Below are positions 14,761 through 26,832 of a stretch of DNA of 64,000 nucleotides, in pieces. A program made the position numbers and the translations under genes. The first letter of the stretch is position 1. Every line of letters starts with the position of its first letter. The notes beneath the pieces are model-generated. The model searched no databases. It saw only the letters and a list, made by a program, of their open reading frames with translations, and had not been told where the DNA came from. The DNA is from Trichinella spiralis. Taxonomy: Eukaryota. Where the stretch lies: positions 3,308,410-3,372,409 of the forward strand of contig NW_003526944.1 of assembly GCF_000181795.1 (NCBI RefSeq), given 5' to 3'.

Positions 14761-16471
14761 TTAATTAATCAAAGCTGAAAATTTGTATATATCATCGGCA
14801 AGAAGTAACGGCTCTTCCAATGCGGCAAAATGCCCTCCCCGTGGCATTCGAGAATACTGCACAAGATGTTCATATTTGTAAGTGACGAAAGCTTGTGGAC
14901 TTGTTAAAAGATCATTTGGAAAAGCAGCTACACCGGTAGGAACTAATACAGGACTACTGATATGCGTTATGTTGTAAATGGGGAAATCATTAAAAACGAA
15001 CATATATATGTGTGTATATGCTTACTTGAAATATCGCATGCGGCCAAGTTGTTGGTAAAATTCTTTGTAAAATCGCATTGAAGATACGATGCAATCGGAC
15101 GTCCAATAAATCATAATGTTTGTCAACAATTCGTCCAAGGTAAAATACTTTTTCAAGCCGCCGTCGTCGAAATGTCGATAAGATGTATCAGTCCAAGCAC
15201 TGAATTTTTCCAAAATATATGATGCCAGTCCCATTGGAGAATCTTGCAAAGCAAACCCTAAAAATTTGTGCATTAGTAAAAATAACTGAAAACGACAATT
15301 ATACGAATATTTTATACCAACAGTGTCTGGCTTGGTGCTTTGTAAGTGAAAATAACCAGACTCCTCTATGAAATAAAAGAATTTTTCCATCAACGGATAA
15401 ACTCTGTACTGATCGGCTGGATCAATTACAAATTCAGGGAAATAAATTCCCAAAAGTTGTTTCAATAGAATCATCGGATGTGCAATGCCAGCGACAAAAG
15501 CAGTGTTCAAATGCAATCCAATAACACTGAAAGAAGTTATATTTTGTAAAAAAAATTGAGCAAGAAATTCAAATGGCAATTTTACCGTTCAGGATACATC
15601 TGAGCAATGATACTGGTAATTACAGAACCCCAATCGCCTCCTTGACAATAAAATCGCCGCTTGTTTAAGCGATCAAGCAGTTTGATGAAAACACGAGCAG
15701 CTGCTGCAGGACCAAAGCCTGAACAAAATCAAAATTTTCATGTACAATATAACACGCAGTAAAAATACCCTACCCTAAGAGAAAACGTCATACACAAAAC
15801 AAGTGAAGTGTTGTCATGCTTTTTGTGCATAGTGGTGCTTTCAGTAGCAGTGCAAAGTTATTTATACCTTTCCTCTTCGGTGCATCTGACCATGCAAAAC
15901 CAGGAATAGATGGTGCAATCACTTCAAATGCATACTTTGTTCCATATCCAATGTTGTGTTTTATGGGATCGATTAAAATTGGAATGATTTTCAAAAATTC
16001 AGATACACTTCCCGGCCATCCATGAACCAATAAAAGTGGATATACAGTATCGTATTTGGTATCTTCTGCAGGCTTTGCATGAATATAATGCACGTTGAGA
16101 CCTTCAACTTGAGTTCTGAAATGCTTAAAATTGTTTAACATAGCTTCGGTCTCACGCCAGTTGTAACTATTCATCCAATAATCATGAAAAGAGTGTAAAA
16201 ATTTTGCATTCGATCCATAAAAGGAACTGCTGTTTTCCAAAGTTTGAAAAAATTTAGTACTGTTCAATCGAACTTGCAAATCTTCCAATACAGAATCTGG
16301 AACTTTCACTTCAAATGTATAAATTGCTTCGTCGTCAGGTGGCTGATCAGCCAGAGAATAATATTCATCCACTGTGACTGGTAAACTGTCTTTCCACAGC
16401 AGATACTTATCGTAGAGCACCACAAAAATAATACTAGAAAGTAACAATAGCGTATTGACCAATTTTCTCAT
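14761..16471 (-). CDS. EPHX1: Microsomal epoxide hydrolase (EPHX1/JHEH family)
   Basis: N-terminal membrane anchor, oxyanion 'HGWPGS', nucleophile 'QGGDWGS', 'ESGYFHLQSTKPDT' and catalytic His 'GGHFAALEEP'. Confidence 0.93.
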
Positions 16472-16618
16472 TCTAAGAAAATAAAAAGATGGTATACATT
16501 TTATGATATATTAGAATGAACAAAATACTAGCAAAATGCAATGCGTTAGTAAATAATTTTTAACTATTATTTCAAACAATTTACTGCAAATGTATAATAG
16601 GACTGTTTTCAAAATGTC

Positions 16619-18148
16619 TCATTTAGCATTCGAGTTGCGTTTGCTAAATGAATTCACTAATTCAGCAGAGCCAGCATGATTATCAACTTGTGATTTCAAA
16701 CGATAATACCAATCTTTGATTTTGGTATTTTCCATCATCTCTGCAAACGCGTGGCATCCTTCAAAAGATACTATAGCTCCATACATTGCCTAAAATAATA
16801 CAAGTATACAACGTGAAAAAATGATAAAAAAGCAAAAATTACTAAATCTGCCAAATTTGGACGATCACCGCCCATAAATTTTCTATCAGGCCCAACTGCT
16901 TTCACCCACTCGTTACAACAATCGTACAGACTTTCTCGCACATCCGATTTCAAGTTATGTCTAGAGTTAAAATTTTTTTCTCATTTGAAAGGATTATAAT
17001 TTAAAAATAAAATTTACCTTTTGCGCAACTGTTTACTGACAAAAAACATCACCGTTGCACCCAAATATACGGCAGTCAGACGTTCCCACATGTGAAATGT
17101 ATTACGCCAGTCACTCACATCCGAAAACCATTGGAACGCTTTCAAAGATTCTTTCATTGTTCTGTAAATATTTGGCGAAATAACGTGAACAAAACAATCA
17201 TCTACCCAGCTGCGCCATTTCCTTTCCTCACTATACGAACATTACTGAATTGTACAACGAATGTAAAATGCAGTATAAAAAATAAATCTACGCATACTTC
17301 AAGATTTCTTCATTCACATGCTGCTGTTTTTCTGGGATCATCAAAAAATACTTATTTGGACTAACCAACTGCATTTTATTGTCATCTCCTTTTATTAAAC
17401 TTGACGGATAAGCAGACAATATTGTATGCAAATCTGCGTTCGGATTCAGCATGTAAGATTGAAGAAAACTTATGATAACAGACGAATCGTTGATTTGCTA
17501 AAAATAAATATCTGCTTCGTTCCGTTGCGGATGACGGTTTTACATAAAACTTACCACTGGATCATCTTTACCACAAACTAATATTGGCACTTTTTTGTAC
17601 TCGGAAAACTTGATCTCTTTTCGAGTTATAGGATTCACTTCAACAAGTTCGTAAGAATAACCATAATAATCTAAATAGCTGCGAACTTTGCAGCAAAACG
17701 GGCAATTTTGGTATTGATAAAGACGTAAATTCAAATTTGAACAGTCTGTTTCACTACTGATCTATAAAATAAATCACCTTTCAATAAAACATACATTAAA
17801 TCAATTGATCATTGACTTATTGCAATAAAAATAAACTTTCAATATTTTACAAATTGGATTATTTTATAATTAACTTCTGTTAATGTTCAACTAATCAAAA
17901 AAAACTATACGTAAACAATAATTAATCTGATATAAAATGTACACAATTAGATTTATTTTCCATCGCACCTTTCTGGTAGCTTGCAAGGCGGGAATTTTCT
18001 GTTCAACACCGCGCGTCCAAAAATTGAGCTGCTTCGCTGGAGTTTGCTGAAGAGAAACAGCAGTTCCTGTCAACAAATAACCAGATATACCAGCAGCAAA
18101 CCATTTGCCAATAGAATTATTTCCAAACAGTCTTCCAGTAAAAATCAT
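16619..18148 (-). CDS. PTGES2: Prostaglandin E synthase 2 (mPGES-2; glutaredoxin/GST fold)
   Basis: 'LYQYQNCPFCCKVRSYLDY..VEVNP..KKVPIL' carries the CxxC active site. Also 'RSWVDDCFVHVISPNIYRT' and 'FMGGDRPNLADL'. The stop TGA is at 16621-16619. Confidence 0.92.
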
Positions 18149-18998
18149 TTAAATGCTACAATTCAAAACAATTTTTCATAAACGGTACGGTTTTCAGTAA
18201 AAGCCTACATCTAGAATAATGTATTTTCCCAACTGATTATTCTTATTGTTATTATTATTATTTGACTGAATAACAAGCACATTAAAGAATACTTACTGAA
18301 AATTGAAAAGAATTTTTCTTATGGTAAAAAGTAGACATTACAGTATGCGATTTACAAGTAATATAAATGTAATTTAAAAGAATTTTAATACTTTATTTGA
18401 TGTTGCGTAATTTCAGCATCTTTATTATTTAGGACTGCCTGCCAACTGTGTGCTATTGTTCTCCTTTTGACTGAATGCGACCGTGTGCGAAATGCAATTG
18501 TTGGTGGCGGCATTGAAGCCCACAGCGAGGTCATCAATTGCCCAATGCATTGCATCCTTGTCAAATTTTGAGTAATCATCGTTGAGTCATCTGCTTGGCT
18601 AATTGTACCGGTTCTGGGCTTCCAGAAGCTATATAGAAGCTTTGTCCATTTGTCGAAAATGAACATGCTGTTGTCGTCATTGGTGTCAGTTTATTACTGT
18701 TTCATTAATACGATCGTGTCATGGAGTTGTTGTTGCATATTTGTTTATCAAGTAAATACTTTGAATTCACGTAAACATTGTTTTTTTGAATTAGTTTAAA
18801 TTTTAAATTGAAGCATATTATCATTATTATTAGCGTTATGATTCTGACAGAAAGTGACACTTTTACAACAACAGTTGTCAGTTGTAAATATTTCATCAAA
18901 GTGACAATTTGTCAAGTGTAGTGAAATTGATAAAAACCCCATCTTAGCATAATGCAGTGTTTTATTGGTTTTTTTTCATTTCACCACGAGCTAACACG

Positions 18999-21930
18999 AT
19001 GCTTTTTCACGGTTACATTTTTTTGAGTTTTGCTTTTCTTTTCCAAAGTGGAATTTCAAATCAGGCGGCATATGAAGATTGTTCGTGCTACAAAATTGAA
19101 AATCACTCCAGCCATTGTCACTGCCAAGGCGACACTGTAAAGCGAATACCGGAAAATTTTGATGCTAATTTGAAAAAATTGTTAGCCAATCACAATTACA
19201 TTGAATAGAGAATTTCATCGAAAATCAATTGCAGAACACTGGCGAATGTGTCGATCAAAAGTATAACCGTTGACGATTTGCATAAATATAAACTTTTGCA
19301 AGAATTGTAAGTGAAATTTTTTTGTTTGATTTGAAAAATATTTCAAATAAAAAAATTATTATTTTTTTAAATAAATAACTAAAGCTCTCTGGTCGGATCG
19401 AATTATTTGACTCACGTCGACGCGAATGCGTTTTCGATTTTCAAATTTCTCCGTCGCTTGTGAGCTTGGTTTGGTCATTTGTCACGTCGTGTGATTTTTT
19501 GAACGAGAAAAAAAAATCAATATTTATTTCAGGCGAATTAATGATTGTCCCAATTTACGAAAAATTGACAATCAAATTATTCTTTGCAATATCAGTTGCA
19601 TTTTATCAATGTATCATTTGTTTGATCAGATGATTATCGGCATATTGATTTATTATCAATTATAATTGGTTTCAGAAATTTGAAAAATAACGCTTTAGAA
19701 GAAGTGCCAAAACTGACGCACGGATTTGCATTTTCTCACTGGCAATCGTTGCCTTCTATGTGAGTGATAATTTGATTACTGTAAAACGAGCATAATCAAG
19801 TGTTTTGTTTGAAATGGTTTTTATTTTCATAAAAACGTTCTTCATTTAATTTTACAGAGAACTGTCGTTTAATAATATCAAAATTATCGACGCGGAACGA
19901 TTATCAAATTTGAGCTTAATAACACTGTGAGTTCAAATTTATTGTATTGAATGATTTGAATAAATTTTCCATTTCAGTGATTTAAGTTACAATAAAATCG
20001 ACCATGTAGCGGGTGATGCGTTTAAAAACAGTCGTGTAAATATACTGTACGACAATGAAATGCATTTTTATCAAAGGCAGTGTTTCAAGAAAAAAAAATG
20101 TAACATTTCAGAAAGTTGAACAACAACCCGATAATTCATTTCTCTGCACAAACATTTTCATTGATGAAAGAGTTGAAGCAATTGTAAAATTTTTTAGAAA
20201 TACAAAAAAAAATATTTGTTTTTTTTTCTTTGAAAATCTCCCTTCCAGAGATTTGTCCAACACGCTGCTCAAATCACTTCCAAGCGATGGATTTGAAACT
20301 GTTCAAGTGATCAATTTGGAACGAATACCGTCGTTGAAGCAGCTTCCATCGATTTTTTCATTTCCAAATTTACGCATTGCCAAATTCACCTACGCCCATC
20401 ATTGTTGTCCATTTCAGGTTGGAATTTGTTTGAAAATTTGTCACCGTATTAAGTGATATTTGAAAATGGATTTTCATTCAATTCAGATTGTTAAAAGGGA
20501 AATTTACAAAGATAACGTTTTTAAATTTTCTAAACATCCCATTAAACTACTACGGTCATCATCTTCTTCTGTTCAGGTAGTGTATTTGTGAGTTGGTAGC
20601 TTGTTGATCAGATTTTAAATTGTTCAGAAAGCGTCAATTTCGAAAAGAAGCAAATCAGTCACCATATACAATTCTTCGTGGGGAAGTCAGAGCAAATTTC
20701 AAGAAACGCCCAACAGTACAAAGGGTCCGAAAAGGACCCGCAAGATCATAAAATGGTTCAAACAGCCTGCTTACATGAACATCTGCATCGGGGAAGAATT
20801 GTTGAACACGTTGGAAATGATCGAATGCAGTCCGAATCCAGATGCTCTAAATCCGTGCGAAGATGTAGCCGGAACGATGTTGGTACGTATTTTCATTTGG
20901 ATTGTCGGCTTGGGAACTATTTTTGCCAATTTTTTCGTTCTACTCTGGTTCTTCACACATCGTGGTGGCTTGTACGTTGGTGTGACGACATTTTTCATGA
21001 CCAATTTGGCAATTGCTGATCTTTGTATGGGAATTTATTTGGTAATTTTGGCCGTTCAAGATGCAAAAACTGCCGGCTCGTATTATAATTCAGCAGTCGA
21101 TTGGCAAACCGGTTCCGGATGCAAAATGGCGGGCTTTTTTACAGTATTCTCCAGTGAATTGTCCGTTATGACGATGGTTTTGATTTCTTTGGAAGTGAAT
21201 ACGAATTCTACTTTTCGTAATTTATTCTAATTTTCAGTACTTCACCTCTTAGATATGGTACAATACACGATCGTCGTTTTATGGATTCAAATTTCAACTG
21301 AAAGCTGCATTCGGTGCTGAACTGTTCGCATGGTGTATTGCGGTAATTTTTGCCACGTTGCCAATTTTCAACGTCAACACCTACGCCGCAACGAGCATCT
21401 GCTTGCCGGTCAAGTCGGACACTTTGACGGAGAAGATTTATTTGATTGCGTTGTTAACGTTCAACGCGGTCGCATTTTTCTACATCACTTTCAATTATAT
21501 TCACACCTACCTGATGGTATCCGGCGTTGGATGGCCAAAATTGCACACGCAAGATTGGAAAATGGCTCGCAAATTGGCAATTCTTATCGCCACCAACTTC
21601 CTCTGCTGGGCACCGGTAATCCTTTTCGGCCTTTCCGCCGCCTTTGGCTGTTCTCTGATCAGCATCTCGCAGATGAAATATTTGCTCGTGCTTGTTTATC
21701 CGATCAATTCCATGGCCAATCCATTTCTTTATGCATTTTCCACCGGACACGGTAGAAGATGGTCGGAGCTGCGTCGAACATTTCACCATCGTTGCGTTGG
21801 CAAGCAAAAGCGTCGCCTCGGTTCCAGATCTTCGGACAGTACGACATCCACGCTGTCCCAAGCGCAAGTTTTGAAAGAATTTGGCAAAAATCCAAAACAC
21901 AACAAACACTCCATCCACTGCTTCTTATGA
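18999..21930 (+). CDS. Glycoprotein-hormone-receptor-type leucine-rich-repeat GPCR (type A LGR, FSHR-1-like)
   Basis: Signal peptide and Cys-rich cap 'CSC..CHCQG', a run of ~75-nt LRR exons, 'YAHHCC' and hinge 'CSPNPDALNPCED'. The 7TM part has 'NLAIADLCMGIYL', 'WQTGSGC', 'SICLP', 'CWAP' and 'NPFLY'. Confidence 0.92.
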
Positions 21931-22039
21931 AATGACGACAAAGAAATTTTGAAGTTTTTTTGAAAAATTTTACAATTTCATCAATTGTATTTTTATCATT
22001 TAATTAAATCAATATAAATACAATTTGGTTCCATCCTAC

Positions 22040-22088
22040 TGTATTGTATTGTATTGTATTGTATTGTATTGTATTCTATTCTATTCTA
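22040..22088. repeat. Pentanucleotide microsatellite, (GTATT)7 grading into (CTATT)2
   Basis: Read directly from the sequence. Confidence 0.9.
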
Positions 22089-22389
22089 ATATTAATCAAT
22101 AATTTTAAAGTTGATATATGAACAACATTGTATAACAAAATTCAATTTTAATTGCTAAATTTTCTTTGAAATCAAAATTTTAAAAAATGCTTATACAAAA
22201 AGTAATCTACTATTGTACTTTTTTTTCACTTTTTACTTACTGTAAATTTTATCTTTTTATAAATTAAAACTAAATTTAATCATAATAATTATAATGAAAA
22301 AAAAGAAATAAATAATACTTTTTTATCGCATTATCAAAAATCAACATTGTATTATTTGATATCTATGACTGATGAACGAACATTGGCGC

Positions 22390-25300
22390 CTATTGCAAGT
22401 ATGTTTCTTTGCTAGACAGTCCGAAACTGCGTAGCAGTTGAATTTGCATCAACTCTTCATCAGCTTCCAAATCAGGTGAAGAGCCTTTTTTGAGCATTTT
22501 CCAAGAAGGCAGAGGATCATCCAGAATGCACAATTCTTTTTCACTGAATATATACGAAAGCAGTCGACGACCAATCACAAGTAAAATCAACTAATAAAAA
22601 ATGGGATGGTTTAAAAAGTTTTTTTTTTCTAAAATTTCAAATAACTTACTGTTAATGGGAAAAAAATTTCAATAACATCCACATAATTGACAACGCACAA
22701 AATTACGAAAAACAATATTTGTACACAAGTGAAGAGATGTATTCGTCTTATTGGAATGAGCCGTAAATAGCTGAAGTCTGGTTGATTTTTGATTGGAGTG
22801 AAAAATAGCAACAACCGTTGGAAAAACTGAAATTAAAATTTCACATTGAAAACATTACACTGTTGGATGGATGGATACTTTGTTACCTCAATCGATACTA
22901 AACAACTCGCTCCCATGTAAAGAAATACTCCAAGTAGCACGGGAATTGGTATTAGCTGAATGAGAGAAAAAAAGAAATATGCAAATTTTTTCAATTAATG
23001 AAAACTTTACAGAATAATATTTACCCTTTCAACGGGCGCGATGAAAATGCACAATCCAATAAGGATGTGGGCAAAGACGGGGCTGAATCTTTGTTCTCTG
23101 CAAAAGAAATGGAAATAATGAACAAGTAAGTTTTGGTCAAAACACGCCCACACACAAATGAATATTACCGGACTCCAATGAAAATTGGCTTTTCACCAGG
23201 TGCTGTAATTTTCGATTCCACTTTCAACAAGTGCATGTGAGTTAACGAAAGAATCGTTGCCGATAGAAACAACGGGATTGCCAAAATTCCTGAGATTAAT
23301 GTCAGCACTACGCAGATCAGCAAATCCAAATGATAGCCAAAACCTTTCTAAATGATAAAATTGTTTTCATTTCATTGATATTACTAATATTCAAAGATGA
23401 AAACTTGCTCGCAATTTATTCTCCTTGCGATTCATCATCACTGTTGTCACGTGCTGATCCATAACAATAAGTACGACAAACAGAATACCCGGAATGATGC
23501 AAGCCAATGGAATCCACCAATTTGTCAAATCTTGTGGATTGACAAACCAACTGCGATCTAATGTAGGCTTAAATGAACAATTGCTGATTAAAAGTGAATT
23601 TTCAAAATTAACATTAACTACTTTAAAGCTGGTGGGAATTTTCAAGCAGGGAATCGGCAGCGATACCCAATAATTCACAGCAGTCATAACGAATACTGTT
23701 AAAAGCAGTGAAAAATCGGCAACAAATTCTCGAAACTAGAAATCATATTAATGGGATGTGAAATTAATTGATTCGTGATCAAAGAGACAAATGCTGTCTT
23801 GTACCCTAAGAGTAAAAAAGCGACTACTTCTGAGCTTGTTCAAAAAAGCAGCTAACAAAAAACTTCCAAAAAAGAGAAGCAAACTGAATGAAAAAACATC
23901 CGGCTGAAAGTTGCACTGCAAACCGGAAGCAATTCCATCCGCTGCTTCGCATTCTGCAAAATTTCAACATGAACATCAATTATGAAGAGTGAAAATTTTC
24001 TATTAAAAATTCTCACCATTTTTTGTATAATTTTGATACATCACGGATGTACCATTTGAAGTGATATTGCAAATGCAAGGATCTTTGAGCAGTAGCTGAA
24101 AGGAGGAATTTCCAATAAGAATATAAATATGCATAAAAAGGAAATTACCCTGAAATTTTTGGTCATCGGAGCGTGTTGACTGAGTGCGAGAATTTCTTCG
24201 AATGATTCGACGATGAAAACTATAGCAACCAACGTGGCGAACAGTTCTTCTGTAAAACGTGTAATGTAGGCGACAAGAAACGACGCATCCGTGGCTACCA
24301 AAATCAAAAGTATCAACGCGGCCCAAAAGCAAAGCCAAAATCTAGCCGGTAAAAAATTCCATCCACGTTCACTGGATTATAATTGAAATTTGAATAATTA
24401 ACATGAAGACCACAACACAATTTAACTTACTAGCAAAATTCATAAAATAGTGCTTCGAAAATCATCAACGGTCCCGTGGCAGACATGATACAAAGCGGCT
24501 GACCGGCGAAAAGTCCCATCAAAATTCCGCTTATCACAGCTGAAACGATACACTCGGTGACTGCCTGAAAATTTAATACATTTTTTTAACAATTTTTTTT
24601 ATTTTGCAATTTCTCCATTGTACAGACCATTGAATCGTCCATTAAACTGCCCATCATTCCGCCGAAAGCGATCAAATTGGTCAAATTAGCAAAGAAAAGA
24701 AAAACCGACGCTGCCAAACATTGGGTGAAACCTCGCCAAGAAGTGAACACATCTTTGAAATCAGAAACGTAATAAGGCCAACGCCTTTTAATATCTTCCA
24801 CCAAACCGCCGAACAATCTACAATTTTCAACTGTACAATTGCAAATTGTCAATTTGAACATTGCACCATACTTTCCAGTATACTGTAAGCCTTCCAGATC
24901 AATTAGTACTTTAGAAGTTACAACAGGTGCGTGTTTTTTCTCTTGTTCATTCTGAAATTGATGACGTCATATTTAAAAAATATATATAAACATATATGTA
25001 TATATGTATGCATTAATTAACGTACTTCTTGTGCTTGTTCAGTCGGCTCCATGTCGTTTCTCAGATGCCATTTGCCCGGTGGTATGATCACCGAATCACG
25101 GTGAAATTCATCCAAGCCGTAGGTCAGTTCTGTGGAATCGACCGCGTAGGCGGCGATGTTGCGAAAATTTTTATCCGTCATCAACGCTCCCATACAACGA
25201 CCGACCATGAACAAATCGTGCTCGTCGTGATGACCAGATGTAATTAATACGAATAAAAATCTCGTCGGACAAGGCATCTGTGAAATTTGATAATTGAATA

Positions 25301-26832
25301 TCAAAAAAAAATTAATAATAACAAGGACAAGAAAAAAACAATATGTATACAACCTCACTGAGATTTGCAAATACTCGTGGTTCGGTAAGTCGCACAAAAG
25401 CTGAAACCGTTTTGTGCATCAGTGGCAATTGAGCAATCAAAATAACCAATGATTCGGCATTTTCCAAATATTTTTTCAATTGTTCATTATATTTCTAAAT
25501 AATATGCAACAGTTTTTAATTTAACAATAAAAAAGAACACAATCAAACATTTGAAATGGAATATTTTCATTCAAACATTTCATTATCAATTTATTCTATT
25601 TATTATCTTTTTCATGTTTGCTATTCTCGTCTTATCTTATGTACAGAAGTGTGAAATTGGCCAATTTTCACTCCGGTGCCGTTTTGGTACCACAACCAAG
25701 CTTGCACTTGTTGTCAAGCATGTTGACCGAACTGGGCAAAGTTTAACATTATACAATCCTATTTCCTGTTGCTAGTTATCGAATGAATCAATTTGACAAA
25801 TTCAAATTTAATTTTGTTTCAACCAGTGGTAACTTTTGTTTTTTTTTGAAAATTTGAATAAAACAACAATACCCGTTCAAAATCGTCTTCGTCAGAAGGG
25901 ACATTTTTCTGTTGAGATGTTGAATCTGTATAAGCGTCTACATTCGGAGGTGACAATGGACGCCAAAGTAGACAGCTCAAATTTGTGGTCGTCGATTTGA
26001 CTAGATGCTCTTTACTTCTCAACAAAGTACGAAACAACACGTTCGTCTCGGTACTCGTTATAGCTCTTTGTTGTTCCCATTCGCTGACGATCATGTCTTA
26101 AAAATGTGCTTTTGGAACACAACCAATATGCAAATTTATATTTATAGAATTAGGCATACTTGCCAGTTCTTCAAAAGTGGAAACGGTACGGTCCAAAAGG
26201 ACTGCACCCCGTTTCAGGCAATTTTTCAAACGAAACAACGCTACCGGTGTTACAAGAGGAACATTGGGCTTGGACCATCGATGACCTACATTTTCTACTC
26301 TTTCTTCATATTTAATCCATCTGAAATTATTATTTTTTATCCAATTGTTTATTCAACAAAATTTAAGATAAATTCAAGTTTTATCCCACGTATTAAAGCA
26401 AAAAATTGAACATGCATTCAATCGAACCTGGCAACTTCTTTCCAATGGTAACGTTCGTTGTCATCGATGAGTTTGAGCATTTCACAAAATATTGGCTTTG
26501 ATGGATCATTGCAATTTTGAAATTTTTCCTTCCCACGAGCTTTCACTCTTTGCGACGGATCTAAATGTTAATTATAATAATATTTTTAAAATTTTTTGTC
26601 GATTGGTCAAAAATTTTTACTTTCCGGAAAATCACCAATCTGAACATGCTGGGTAATGTAGAGCGGCTCCAAGAGAATATCTTAAACAGGAAAATTGAAA
26701 TAAAGTTCTTCAACTAGTTGCATGCAAATTAAAAAAAAATATTCAAATTTGAACAAATTTCACAAAACAACCTTTTCGAAAATGTGAATCCTCCTGAGAG
26801 TGAGTCTGAAAATTTTTTTCCCGATGACTCAT
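22390..26832 (-). CDS. SLC4 bicarbonate transporter (band 3/NBC family, abts-like), multi-exon
   Basis: Motifs 'HWKEVARW', 'PTRFLFVL', 'LFGGLVEDIKRRWPYYVSDF', 'FAGQPLCIMSATGP', 'YITRFTEELF', 'EQRFS' and 'FLYMGASC'. 'LIVMDQHVT' has Asp, as in Na-coupled members, rather than the AE1 Glu. The start at 26832 is tentative. Confidence 0.9.

Noticed and set aside
26005..26409. 134-aa plus-strand ORF
   Set aside because: Antisense to SLC4 exons and spans introns.
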